From contig CM059432.1 in assembly GCA_030390025.1 (NCBI GenBank), forward strand, positions 53,260,001 through 53,324,000: 64,000 nt of DNA, written 5' to 3'. The position numbers and the translations under genes were made by a program. Under the pieces are notes generated by a model. That model saw only the letters and a list, made by a program, of their open reading frames with translations. It did no database searches and was not told the DNA's origin. This document shows positions 1-13,000 of this stretch, in pieces. Position 1 is the first letter of the stretch. Each line of letters begins with the position of its first letter. Source of the stretch: Squalus acanthias. Its lineage: Eukaryota.

Positions 1-41
1 ATTCAATAAGGTTTGCAGCAAATGTAGATGACCACTGAGTC

Positions 42-503
42 AGAATCATAGAATCATAGAATGATACCGCACAGAAGGAGGCCATTTGGCCCATCATGTT
101 TGTGCCGGATCTTTGAAAGAGCTATCCAGCTAGTCCCATTTCCCTGCCCTTTCCCTATAACCATGCAAACTTTCCCCTTCATGTATTTATCCAATTCCCT
201 TTTGAAAGTTATTATTGAATCTGTTTCCACCACCCTTTCAGGCAGTGGATTCCAGATCATAACAACTTAATGCATAAAAAAGTTTCTCCTCATCTCGCCT
301 CTGATTCTTTTGCCAATTACCTTGAATCTATGTCCTCTGGTTACCAACCCTTGTGACACTGGAAACAGTTTCTCCTTATTTACGCTATCAAAATCCTTCA
401 ACATTTTAAACACCTCTATTAAATTGCCCTTAACATTCTCTGCTCTGAGAAGAACAATCTCAATTTCTCTAGTCTGTCCACGTAACTGAAGTCCTGGATC
501 CCT
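42..503 (-). mobile_element. CR1/HER1-type LINE, 3' fragment
   Basis: (AGAATCAT)n tail; ORF 54..260 'WNPLPERVVETDSIITFKRELDKYM' is the CR1 ORF2 C-terminus. Confidence 0.9.
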
Positions 504-1184
504 GTATTAATTAAAATACCCAAAAATATGATTCTGATGTGAATGTCCTTTTGAACAACATTGCCTTCTGTACAAGGAGACATGTAACTGACTTGTATCC
601 ATTGGCTAACAGGTTTGGAGTCAATGTAAATATGAATCTCTACAATGAATAGAATGTGTTAACAACAGTCAATTATATGTGGGAAATGCCATGCTATACT
701 TTTCCTTTTTGTCTGTGACTGTTAACAAATCAAAAGACAACATAGTTGGGTAGTCCAGATTACCTATTAAACTGACAATTGGACTGTCGAGGAGTTGGAA
801 TTTAAAACAGCTTTATATTCTTGGAAGTTTTACCAATAGTAAGTCATCTTCAAGAAGTGAAATAAGTTGCGTGGGTTATATATGATTTGATGGACAGAGT
901 GGACTCAATAAACTGAATGGCCTTTTTTTGTTCCATACTTTCTTTTGCCTCCATCGCTGCCTCCATGGCTTGTTACAATGGCACTTGAAAGCAAGTGACA
1001 GGTAGGCTTAATATATATATCTCAAATCAACTTGGTTGTTTATCAGGTATTAATAGATCCAATTTCCCTGCTCATCTAGTAGGGTGTAAGTGTCCAGTGT
1101 CTATAGTGAGCCAAGGATTCATTGGCTGATCTCTATGGAAGTCTAACCCATTCATCTAACTCAGTCTTGACTGGTCTAATGGTT

Positions 1185-1388
1185 AGTCGCACAACACCAG
1201 GTTATAGTCCAACAGTTTTATTTAAAATTACGAGCTTTCGGAGCTGTTGCCCCTTCGTCAGGTAACCTGACGAAGGGGCAACAGCTCTGAAAGCTCGTAA
1301 TTTTAAATAAAACTGTTGGACTATAACCTGGTGTTATGCGACTTCTCATTTTTGTCCACCCCAGTCCAACACCGGCATCTCCGCATCA
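1185..1388. mobile_element. Short Penelope-like (family B) terminal insertion forming a hairpin
   Basis: Matches pLTR at 20540-20660; arms 1185-1263 and 1265-1343; flanked by 12-bp TSD ggtctaatggtt (1173-1184, 1389-1400). Confidence 0.9.
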
Positions 1389-2055
1389 GGTCTAATGGTT
1401 GTTCTCTGTGCATGTTTCTGTTACAATGGTTTACAGAAAGGACATAATCAAACTGGTACATAAAATCAGATGAATAATACATAATTTTTCTTTAAAGTAA
1501 AGGGACATGCTTGCACATATGTACTATGTTTTTCTATGTTTTTTTTGGCCCCAAGCCTTCTCCTACATCTGATGTATAGCTATACAGGAGGCTGAGCTGA
1601 CTTTGCGTGAGTGAGGTTGGTCCAGGCAGTGATGGCCAATTTTTATTCCTACCTGACCCATTGTATAACCACTTCTGCTATAAACAACATCATTTTATGA
1701 ATCAGGAAGTGCATGGGTGCCAGATTCACCCAGTGAATCCACTTCCATCCTAAGTAATGATCTCTGGCTTGTCCTTGCTTTAATAAGGAAAGTGGTAACA
1801 GGGTATCATGTTAACTGCACAGCCAAGGAAATAATTGAATTTTCATAGATGTGCAAACACTAATGCATCTAAACATCTCGCCTGAAATAGCTAAATTGAT
1901 TGTCCACGGAAATATCATGAATTTTCATGATTCACTTGACATGAATTTGTAAATAGTCCACTAAATAGTTCATTGTCATTGGTACATATTTATGAACACA
2001 CAGAAACATTAAATTGTTATTTTTAATTCCTGGATATTCAGAATTAAAATTAAAA

Positions 2056-3110
2056 GCCCCGATTTTAACGCGGGGTGGTAGTCGTATGGGTGGGGGCCAA
2101 GGTGAGCAACAGAGTCCTTACCTCGGCAGCGTGAGGCCCGGGAGATTTTAACTCCCTGGCCTCGTCTGCATCATCTATGCCCGAAACTGGCCAGAAGTCG
2201 CAGCTGGCCCTCTCCGCCTCCTGGTCTGCATATGGTGAAACATCCAGCACCACTGAGCAGCAGCAGGTACTGGTGGCAGTGATAGCCCAGGAGAGAGCTC
2301 ACCAGAGGTCCTCTCCCAGCTCTGATCAGTAGGACAGCGATGAAACTTCAGGAGCCCAACCATGAAAAGAAAACTGCTAACCTCACACAAGCAGTGCTAT
2401 GAGGTATTGGAAGACCTGCCAAGGTGTTTCGCCACTATGGCTGAAAATGCGGAGGAATCTGTTTCCAGCCTGTGTGGTGTCATCTCACATGGTATCAGCA
2501 CCCTGCAGTCTAACCTGGACGAGTGTGATCAGAGCTACTGTAGTCAGTTTGGCGAGAAAGGAGCGAGGAGCAATTGAAATGGAACAGCTCCATTTCCCGC
2601 TTTGTTCCTGTCAGTCTATGATTTTAACTGTCACTGGTTTTGGGGAACTCCGGCAGAAGCCTCATTAATAAATGCAAAACGGGGTCCTGTGATGTCCACA
2701 GGGCCCCAACGGGGCACTTTAAGCCGCTCCTTAACGGGGCACTCACTACGGGCACCCGCCAGGTAAAGCTGATGGGAAGCCAGTGAGGCCACTAAAGGTA
2801 AGTTAAAAAACTTTCCATGGAGGGGTCATGAGGAGGAGGAGTGCTCCTCTGTGCCCTACAAGGAAGGTTTGGGCCTCCTGCTGCCCAAAGCTCCCCCCTC
2901 TATTTGCAGCCGCGAGACCCCACACACCCTCCAGCAATTTACCTTGCAGTCTTCTCTTGATGCTGGTGGGCAGCGTCCGGAGCACCTGATCTTCATCAAC
3001 CACTGCTGGCATTCAAATAAACTTAACGTCAAATCCAAAAGACGCACCTCAGGCAGTGCAGCACTCATGCATTATGATTTAACATGCATTAGTCCAGCAA
3101 GAAAACTTAT
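2056..3110 (+). mobile_element. Degenerate Harbinger-derived element with Myb/SANT gene C-terminal remnant
   Basis: TIR-like start gccccgattttaac; ORF 2362..2577 (KRKLL..LEDLP..MAENAEES) resembles exon 3 of the Myb genes at 50329 and 55974; boundaries approximate. Confidence 0.5.
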
Positions 3111-3117
3111 GGCATTG

Positions 3118-3366
3118 ATAGAATCATAGAATGATACAGCACCGAAGGAGGCCGTTCAGCCCATCGTGCCTGTGCCAGTTCTTTGAAAGAGCTATCCAAT
3201 TAGTTCCACTCCCCTGCCCTTTCCCCACAGCCTTGCAATTTTTTCCCTTCAAGTATTTATCCAATTCCTTTTTGAAAGTTATTATTGAATCTGCATCCAC
3301 CAACCTTTCAGGCAGTATTATTCCCGATCGTAACAATTCGCTGCATAAAAAAATTCTCCCCATCTC
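3118..3366 (-). mobile_element. CR1/HER1-type LINE, 3' fragment
   Basis: Near copy of 42-300; ORF 'LPERLVDADSIITFKKELDKYL'. Confidence 0.9.
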
Positions 3367-5182
3367 GTTTTTTAATTTTTATTTTGAAAAGCAATGTTCG
3401 AGCCTGCTCCAGCTCAATGAAATCAGCAAGGTTTGAGTGAGAGTGATTTGCAGGCCGGTTTTGCTCAGAGATATCAACATTAGCCTAATCCTAAGTGTGA
3501 GATTTGTGCTCACAAATCAGCTGAATACCCAAGGCATCAGTTCACAGCAGCAACATAAACAGGATTAAATGTGTAAAGCAGCATCCACCCCATGTCTTAC
3601 AGACGACGGCATGTCTGTGCTTTCATCAAATCAGAGTTTACAGTCCCGCTACTGCTCGGAATCACTGGTATTTCGCAGTTATCATTAGAATGACTGAATT
3701 GCATCTCCAGATAATTACAGGACAAACTGCTTTCAGTCAATTACCTATTAGAGATTACCAATGGGAGGATGAGCATTGGTTGTAGCTTAAAGCAACTGCT
3801 GCAAAGCCCTGCCAAACTGGTAAGATTTTAAAGTTAAATCATCCTCTGTTAGCTTGTTGTAGTACCAGACACCTTTTACTGATAGCAAAGAACTGACCAT
3901 CTATATCTCCGTATCCGCCTTTGTCGTGTGTCTGTGATTCTGCCAGGCCCTAGAAATGATTCTTATTTTTTTACATAGAATTGCATCGAGTTTATATTAG
4001 AATAGCAATGCAAACTTGGGTAGCTGGTGCACGAGTGCAGTCCAAACTAGACAGTTTGGTGGAGTGACTGATTGCATGTACAGACATCATTCTCACCACT
4101 TTGTGGCACTGTGTCACCCTAGAAAGCCAGATTTAACTGTGCTTCTACCCTGGAACTGAAACAAAATTTGCTAGAAGGAAATTGATGAACAATTCAAATA
4201 CATGAAAGAGAAAAGAGACACTTTTTTTTTAAAAAAAGGAAAAATTCCATATCGAGAGAGAGAGATTGAAGGAGCCTTTTCAAAAGGTCAGGGTAAATAC
4301 TTTGTAATGTAAATTGTAAAAAATATGGAACATCTCGGGTTAGGAGGAGATGAAAGGAAAAGGAAACAAAAAAATGAGTATTCTCAGGATTACTTGAGAA
4401 GCAGAGTAAAGGATCTGTGAATTGATCTGTCTAGTCGTGATACACAGGTATGAACTAGAGTGGAGCAGATGAATAGTCAGAAAACCCATCACCATGTTTA
4501 GTTTAGTATTGAATTGGAAGTCTAATTCATTGTTTGAATCTTCTTTGCTTGCAAGCTCAAGAAGCTGTTTGGTTCACCGGCAAGGGGACAAAATGGCCTC
4601 CACTATCTCCTCAATTGCTGCTGCCATCCTAATACGAGCTTTCTCTTTTGCTTTTTTATCCTACGTACAATTTACCTTGGCTGGTGCACAGAGCTTAACT
4701 GAAGAAAGTATAGCTAAAACTGTTTATATATTTAAAATGCTGCACATGGTGCTGGTTACGAGGTCACAAATGGTCAGGGCAGTGGTGGGCAATTGTTCAG
4801 ACTTTTGGGATTTCAATGTTGAATCTGAATGACTGCTTTCTGTTCTGAATTCTGGCTTGTTCTGGATCTCAGTGGAGTGACCTAATGTGGTTTCAAACTA
4901 ATTAGAAAATTGGTAGCTTGCCAGGGTCAGTTTATAAGACAGGTGTCAGATTCAATTCTGGTACTTTTTTATAAGCGAAATGATATATGGACACGCAAAC
5001 TTTTGTTCAGTGTTGCAACAGTAGTCTATTGACCTGAGAAGTGACTGAGTGTGTGAAGGATGAGGGCATTTTTGTATATTCTTGGTCACTTTTATAAAAT
5101 GAGAGGGAAACCACATTTTATTCAATTCTAATTTTTTGTTAAAATTAGTGAAGATAGGAATATCAGGCTCTAAATTACTTTA

Positions 5183-5828
5183 CCCCTACCAGGTGAAACA
5201 GCGATTTACTTGTACTTCTTGCAATTTAGTATACTGTATTTGCTGCTCACGATGCGGTCTCCTCTACATTGGGGAGACCAAACGCAGATTGGGCGACCGC
5301 TTTGTGGAACACCTCCGTTCAGTCCGTAAGGGTGACCCCGAGCTTCTGGTCGCTTGTCACTTTAATTCTCCGCTCCACTCCCACTCTGACCTCTCTGTTT
5401 TCGGCCTCTTACACTGTTCCAATGAAGCTCAACGTAAGCTCGAGGAACAGCACCTCATCTTTCGATTAGGCACTCTACAGCCCTCTGGACTCAACATTGA
5501 GTTCAACAATTTCAGACTATAACCCCTGCCCCCATTTTTCAGGCTGTTTATGATTCTGCCATCCCCATTTGCAACATTTAATCTCTCCTGCCTCCTACCC
5601 TAGCACAGAATATTCCTTCAGTTCCTTCCTCCCCTCCCCTCCCCCTTTCCCTGCCTCTGCACCTGCTTAAAATCTGTTACATCGCTAACCTTTTCCAGTT
5701 CTGATGAAGGGTCCCAGACCTGAAACGTTAACTCTGTTTCTCTCTCCACGGATGCTGCCTGGCCTGCTGAGTGTTTCCAGCATTTTCTGTTATTTCAGAT
5801 TTCCAGCATCCGCATTATTTTGCTATTG
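5183..5828 (+). mobile_element. Penelope-like element (family A), 5'-truncated, GIY-YIG endonuclease plus terminal region
   Basis: ORF 5136..5522 'NLVYCICCSRCGLLYIGETKRRLGDRFVEH...GLN'; 14-bp TSD tctaaattacttta (5169-5182, 5829-5842). Confidence 0.92.
5697..5733 (+). ncRNA. Minimal type I hammerhead ribozyme motif (Penelope family A)
   Basis: agtt-CTGATGA-a-gggtc-cca-gacct-GAAA-cg-TT-aact: stem I agtt/aact, stem II, palindromic ACGT in place of stem III. Confidence 0.7.
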
Positions 5829-6020
5829 TCTAAATTACTTTATATCTATCCAGAATCTATCAAAAACCTATCCTCATTCTATAGTAACAAAGCCATTCAC
5901 CCTCTGCTGTAGGAACATTTTCAGACTTCCAATGCCTAAGCATAAGCCATTTAGTTGTTGTCAGGGAAGCCAGCTCTCTTTGCTAGGTAGGGTGATTCAT
6001 GTTATTGAGTTGGATATATA

Positions 6021-6772
6021 GATACATAGAACAGTACAGCACAGTACAGGCCCTTCGGCCCTCGATGTTGTGCCGAGCATTGTCCGAGACCAAGATCAAG
6101 CTATCACACTCCCTATCACTCTGGTGTGCTCCATGTGCTTATCCAATAACCGCTTGAAAGTTCCTAAAGTGTCCGACTCCACTATCACAGCAGGCAGTCC
6201 ATTCCACACCCCAACCACTCTCTGAGTAAAGAATCTACCTCGGACATCCCTTCTATATCTCCCCCCATGCACCTTATAGTTATGCCCCCTTGTAACAGCT
6301 GCCTCTACCCGAGGAAATAGTCTCTGAACATCCACTCTATCTATCCCCCTCATCATCTTATAAACCTCTATTAAGTCGCCTCTCATCCTCCTCCGCTCTA
6401 AAGAGAAAAGCCCCAACTCCCTCAATCTTTCCTCATAAGACCTCCCCCCCAAACCAGGCAGCATCCTGGTAAATCTCCTTTGCACTCTTTCCAATGCTTC
6501 TATGTCCTTCCTATAGTGAGGTGACCAGAACTGCACACAATATTCCAAATGTGGTCTCACCAAGGTCCTGTACAGTTGCAGCATAACCTCACGGTTCTTA
6601 AACTCAAACCCTCTGTTAATAAACGCTAACACACCATAGGCCTTCTTTACTGCTCTAGCCACTTGAGTGGCAACCTTCAGAGATCTGTGGATATGAACCC
6701 CCAGATCCCTCTGCTCCTCCACTTTCCTCAGAACCCTGCCGTTGACCCTGTAATCCTTATTCAAATTTGCCA
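6021..6772 (-). mobile_element. CR1 LINE 3' fragment nested in an opposite-strand CR1 tail
   Basis: ORF 6096..6773 (225 aa, RPHLEYCVQFWSP); atata duplicated at 6016-6020 and 6773-6777. Confidence 0.92.
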
Positions 6773-6912
6773 ATATACTTGAAAAGGAAAAATCTGCAAG
6801 GCTATGGGAAAAGACCAGGGGACTGAGACTAATTGGAGAGCTCTTTCAAAGAGCCTACACAGGCATGATGGGCCAAATGGCCTCCTTCTGTGCTGTATGA
6901 TTCTATGATTCT
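6773..6912 (+). mobile_element. CR1/HER1 3' end
   Basis: Ends in tgattctatgattct; reverse-complement match to 3118-3260. Confidence 0.85.
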
Positions 6913-8589
6913 TTGTTGATTCTTTTAAAGTAGCCAATCCAGGATCTAGCTTGACACAAATAGAAAGGTCCTGAATTACATACCAGTCGTGCTTAAGTTT
7001 GACACAAAATGGGTACCGGACCAAGTGCCCTTTTGCTACTGTATTACTAGCACATAGTGTGAGTTAATAGACCTGCCCGTTGCAGTTTAACAGCTGTCAC
7101 ATATATCTGCTGCCAAATACTGAACTGAAATGGATTAATTCTAATTGCTGTGGTAGTAAGGCTGGCCTATTTTCAAATATGTCATCATCTATCATTATTT
7201 ATTTTAGTACTGCGATTCATTTCCCAGTTACTGTCAGCTCATGAATACCCCTAGAATTAACAGCACGCCAGTATTTCTATATGTTTTGATGCAAAGTGTT
7301 ATTTGCAATATTAACGTTTTCTCGAATCCTCAAACCTTGGACTGAGAGGAAAGAGGGGTCAAAGGCTAAGCTGAATTAATATATCGATTAGTTGGAGATA
7401 ATTAAATTATTTAAACTCATCTATGTCAAGCCAGCACGGTCATTGATTTATGTCCCAGGTGAGCCCTGCAAATAAATCCATGTTAGGAAGAATTGCAAAA
7501 TATGACAGCCGTTCTAGTCAGCCACTTAAAATTACCTTTTAAAAAAAATGAATTATTCTACATGAGTGGCAAAGGGGAATGAAACAAATTACAGTGAATG
7601 TGCCAGACAGTAACTAAGGACCAGTTACATTTGCACTTGCCTAACTTATTTGGATCTAGTTTATCAGCCAAAAAATTAAATCAGTCATAAATTTGATGAT
7701 AATCTTAATGGTGTTTAATTCAGAAAAACTTTCTGACATTAACAGTTAGTGATGACTAATCCTGCAGCAAGCTAGCTGAAGCAACTTTATCATCACTTCA
7801 AGCCTCAGATGACATCTGTTGCTGTTTCAACGGACACCTGTAAGATGTAAATTTACATCAACAAAAATGACTTTTTTGATGATTGTTTATTGAATGACCT
7901 TACTATGTTCTGATATCACAAAATCTAGTCAACAGCATATCAGTCACAAAAGATGGAATTTTCATGAAACAATGAGGTAATTATTTTTAGGTTTTGAAGA
8001 TGTCACCAGTAACCATATACAAAGACAATTTTTCTTGTAACCATTGTCTTGCGTCCATTTTTCACATGTTAAGCAAATATCCATCCTCTGTTAAGGAAGT
8101 GCCTGCTGAGAAGCTTCCAACTACATGCCTCTATCTCTGGGGGTCATTTTGTTGTGGAGCTCATATTGGGTGGGCAGTGGGCAATGGGTAGGCCTGCACT
8201 GCATCTACCTGAAGGAGTTAGCGTGAGGCCTGTGATATGTTCGTGGCCAGGCTTCACTTACATTTATTCAGGGAGCTGCCAGTGTGAAATGAGTTCTCTA
8301 TTGGCAGCTTTCTGATCTGGGGTGGAAAATTTGGCGAGGCAGACGATTTTGAAGGGCAGCTGGAGCACTTTAAAGGGGTGGGGTGCAACCGTTGGAAGTG
8401 AAAGGAAGCACCAGTATTGAGGAGCAGGCAACATTTAGCAGCAGCAAGGACACTAATTGTGGAAGTCCCAAAACCCATAAAGGACTGCAAAAAACATATG
8501 CCAAACCTGCTTTCAGCTTTCCCTGACTGCAGCTGAAGGTCTCTTTAATTATGCATAAAATGGCTGTCTCCCGAGTTCCGAAATATCCT

Positions 8590-8700
8590 CCAGTGCTGAT
8601 GAAGGGTCCACACCCAAAATGTGAACTTGTCTGTTCTCTCCACAGATGCTGCCTGACTTGCTTAACATTTCCAGCATTTTCTACTTTTGTTTCTGAAGTT
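8590..8700 (+). mobile_element. Decayed Penelope family A terminal fragment
   Basis: Similar to 5697-5800; hammerhead GAAA mutated. Confidence 0.7.
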
Positions 8701-9369
8701 TTCAGATGTCAAGGGGAGTTCCAAGGTAAGTATTGCCATACTTCCACACATTATTAGCATTGGGGTCTGGCAAGAATGGAACAAAGCTAAGTAGTGAGCT
8801 GGAGCATCTTCAGGGAAGTAGCAGGAAAAGCATGGAGACAGCCTTTTTTTCCTTTTCTACATCACTTTTATTGCAGAGAAGCTGCAAGGCACAGCTTTTG
8901 CGGGGTACATAATTAGCTTGCAATATGACCCATTAAATATTGAAATGTGTTCTCAGAACTAACGCTGCCACCAGGAACTACATGCATAGTGCATTCAAAT
9001 TTACTCGCACAAGGACTGGCCATGGGTTACAGTCAATGTACTCTGCCAATTTCTAACCTCTGTCTTGAGTGTGCTTCCAGGAGAATCATGGGGAGTGCAC
9101 TCACGGAGGTGGGCTTGACAACCTCAAGCTGCTGCCATATTTTAAAAAGAGGGTGGTAAGCATCTTTGGGTCAAAGTCTGTGGAAGGAGTAGGGAAGTGA
9201 ATGTTTGGAGATAATGCCATCCTTTGATCCTTCTCAATCTCTCACTCAGTGAGCTCCTACCCATATTAACTGCTGCCCCCTTGAATTTGCCATCTACTGT
9301 GACCTCTCAACTCCCATGGTCTCAGTCATTGTCACGGACATTTCCAACCATTTTCTCGTATCCCTCATG

Positions 9370-10097
9370 TCGAGTGGATGATCCATATCGGCCTCCTCCT
9401 GAGGTCCCCACCACCATAGAAGCCAGTCTTCAGCCAATTCGATTCACTCCATGTGATATTAAGAAACGGCTGAGCGCACTGGATACAGCAAAGGTTAATG
9501 GCCCCGACAACATCCCGGCTATCGTGCTGAAGACTTGTGCTCCAGAACTAGCCGCGCCTCTAGCCAAGCTGTTCCAGTACAGCTATAACACTGACATCTA
9601 TCCGACAATGTGGAAAACTGCCCAGGTATGTCCTGTACACAAAAAGCAGGAGAAATCCAATCCAGCCAATTACCGCCCCATCAGTCTACTCTCAATCATC
9701 AGTAAAGTGATGGAAGGTAACATCGACAGTGCTATCAAGCAACACTTACTCACCAATAACATGCTCACTGATCCCCAGTTTGGGTTCCGCCAGGACCACT
9801 CGGCTCCAGATCTCATTACAGCCTTGGTCCAAACGTGGACAAAAGAGCTGAATTCCAGAGGTGAGGTGAGAGTGACTGCCCTAGAAATCAAGGCAGCATT
9901 TGACCGAGTGTGGCATCAAGGAGCCCTTGTAAAACTGAAGTCAATGGGTATCGGGGAGAAAATTCTCCACTGGCTGCAGTCATACCTAGCACCAAGGAAG
10001 GTGGTTGTGGTGGTTGAAGGTCAATCATCACAGCCCAGGACATCGCTGCAGGAGTTCCTCTGGGCAGTGTCCTAGGGCCAACCATCTTCAGCTGCTT
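9370..10097 (+). mobile_element. Poly(A)-tailed CR1/L2-group LINE, RT region, 5' part (interrupted)
   Basis: ORF 9224..10075 with GPDNIP, NYRPISLL, QFGFR, AFDRVWH motifs; continues at 13828. Confidence 0.9.
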
Positions 10098-13000
10098 ATA
10101 GAATCATAGAATCATAGAAGATAGGAGCAGGAGTAGGCCATTCGGCCCCTGTAGCCTGCTCCGCCATTCAATGCGATCATGGCTGATCATCCAAATTCGG
10201 TACCCTGTCCCTGCTTTCTCCCCATATCCCTTGATCCCTTTAGCCTTAAGAAATATATCCAACTCCTTCTTGAATCTATTTAATGAATTGGCCTCTTCTG
10301 CCTTCTGTGGCAGAGAATTCCACAGGTTCACCACTCTCTGGGTGAAGAAATTCCTCCTCATTTCTGTCCTAAATGGTTTACCCCTTATCCTTAGACTGTG
10401 ACCCCTGGTTCTGGACTCCCCGACCATCGGGAACATCCTTCCTTCATCTAGTTTGTCCTGTCCTGTTAGAATTTTATAAGTTTCAATGAGATCCCCTCTC
10501 ATTCTTCTAAACTCCAGCGAGTATAAGCCCAATCGACCCAATCTCTCTTCATACGTCATTCCTGCCATCCCAGGTATCAGCCTTGTGAATCTTCGCTGAA
10601 CTCCTTCCATGGCAAGAACATCCTTCCTCAGATAAGGCGACCAAAACTGCACACAGCACTCAAGGTGTGGTCTCACCAAGGCTCTGTACAACTGCAGCAA
10701 GACATCCTTGTTCCTGTACTCAAACCCTCTCGCTATGAAGGCCAACATACCATTTGCCTTCTTAACCGCCTGCTGCACCTGCATGCTTACCTTCAGCAAC
10801 TGGTGTACAAGGACACCCAGGTCTCGTTGCACTTCCCCTTCTCCCAATCTATTGCCACTCAGATAATAATCTGCCTTTCTGTTTTTGTCACCAAAGCGGA
10901 TAACCTCGCATTTATCCACGTTATATTGCAACTGCCACGCTTCTGCCCACTCACCCAACCTGTCCAAATCATCCTGGAGTTTCTCGGCATCCTCCTCGCA
11001 GCACACACGCCCACCCAGTTTTGTGTCGTCTGCAAACTTGGAGATATTACATCTAGTTCCCTTGTCTAGATCATTAATATATATTGTGAATAGCTGGGGT
11101 CCAAGGACCGATCCCTGCGGTACCCCACTAGTCACTGCCTGCCACTCGGAAAAAGACCCATTTATTCCAACTCTTTGCTTCCTGTCTGCCAACCAGTTCT
11201 CTATCCAAGTCAATACCTTGCCCCCAATCCCATGTGTCTTAACTTTACACGCTAATCTCTTATGCGGGACCTTATCAAAAGCCTTTTGGAAGTCCAAATA
11301 CACCACATCCACTGGTTCTCCCTTATCTATTTTAACAGTTACATTCTCAAAAAATTCCAGTAGATTAGTCAAGCATGATTTACCTTTTGTAAATCCATGT
11401 TGACTTTGTCCGATTCTGTCACTGTTTTCCAAGTGCTCAGCTATTACATCTTTTATAATGGACTCTAGCATTTTCTTCACTACCGATGTTCCCCGTTTTC
11501 TCTCTCCCACCCTTTTTGAATAGTGGGGTAACATTAGCTACCCTCCAATCCATGGGTACTGTTCCAGATTCCATCGAATGTTGGAAGATGATCAGCAATG
11601 CATCTACTATTTCTAGGGCCACTTCCTTAAGTACCCTAGGATGTAGATTATCAGGCCCTGGGGATTTATCGGCCTTCAATCCCTTCAATTTCCCTAACAC
11701 CATTTCCCTGCAAATACTGATTTCTTTCAGTTCCTCCCTTTCATCAGACCCTATGTTCCCCAACATCTCTGGGAGGTTATTTGTGTCCTCCTTTGTGAAG
11801 ACAGAACCAAAATATGTATTTAATTGGTCTGACATTTCTTTGTTCCCCATTATAAGTTCCCCTGATTCTGACTGCAAGGGACCTATGCTTGATTTCACTG
11901 ATCTTTTTCTCTTCACATATCTATAAAAGCTTTTACAGTCAGTTGTTATGTTCCCTGCAAGCTTACTCTCGTATTCTATTGTCCCCTTCTTAATTAATCC
12001 CTTTGTCCTCCTTTGTTGAATCTTAAACTGCTCCCAATCCTCAGGGTTACTGCTTTTTCTGGCCAATTTATATGCCCTCTCCTTGGATCTTATGCTATCC
12101 CTAATTTCCCTTGTTAGCCATGGTTGAGTCACCCTTTTTGTTTTATTCTTATGCCAAACTGGGATGAACAAATTCTGTAGTTTGTCCATGCGGTCTTTGA
12201 ATGTTTGCCATTGCCTATCCACCGTCAACCCTTTGAGTGACATTCCCCAATCAATCCTACCCAACTTGCACCTCATACCATCATAGTTTCCTTTATTTAA
12301 ATTCAGGACCCTAGTCTCTGAGTCAACTACTTCACTCTCCATCCTAATGAAGAATTCTATCATATTATGATCGCTCCGACCCAAGGGGCCTCGCACAACA
12401 AGATTGCTAATTAATCCTTTCTCATTGCATAATACCCAGTCTAACATGGCCTGATCTCTGATTGGTTCCTCGACATATTGGTCCGGGAAACCATCCCGTA
12501 AACACTCCAGGAATTCCTCCTCCACAGTATTGTTACTAATTTGGTTAGCCCAATCTATATGTAAATTAAAGTCACCCATGATGACTGCTGTGCCCTTATT
12601 GCACACTTCTCTAATTTCCCTTTTAATGCCATCCCCAACCTCCGCATTATTGTTTGGAGGTCTATATATCACTCCCACTAACGTTTTCTGCCCCTTGTTA
12701 TTTCTCAGTTCAACCCATACAGATCCCACATCATCAGAGCTAATATCCTTCCTTTCAATTGTGTTAATCCCCTCTTTAACCAGCAATGCTATCCCACCTC
12801 CCTTTCCTTTTTGCCTATCTTTCCTGAATATTGAGTACTCCTGGATGTTGAGTTCCCAGCCTTAGCCACCCTGGAGCCATGTTTCGGTAATCCCAATCCA
12901 ATCATATTCGTTTACCTCTATTTGCGCAGCTAATTCATCCACCTTGTTCCGAATGCTCCTTGCATTAAGACACAAAGCCTTCAGGCTTGTTTTTTTAACA

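Noticed and set aside
4494..4890. 112-aa plus-strand ORF and short minus-strand frames as host exons
   Set aside because: No recognisable domain and no convincing paired splice sites
10665..12865. Plus-strand ORFs of 110-170 aa
   Set aside because: Antisense shadows of CR1 ORF2
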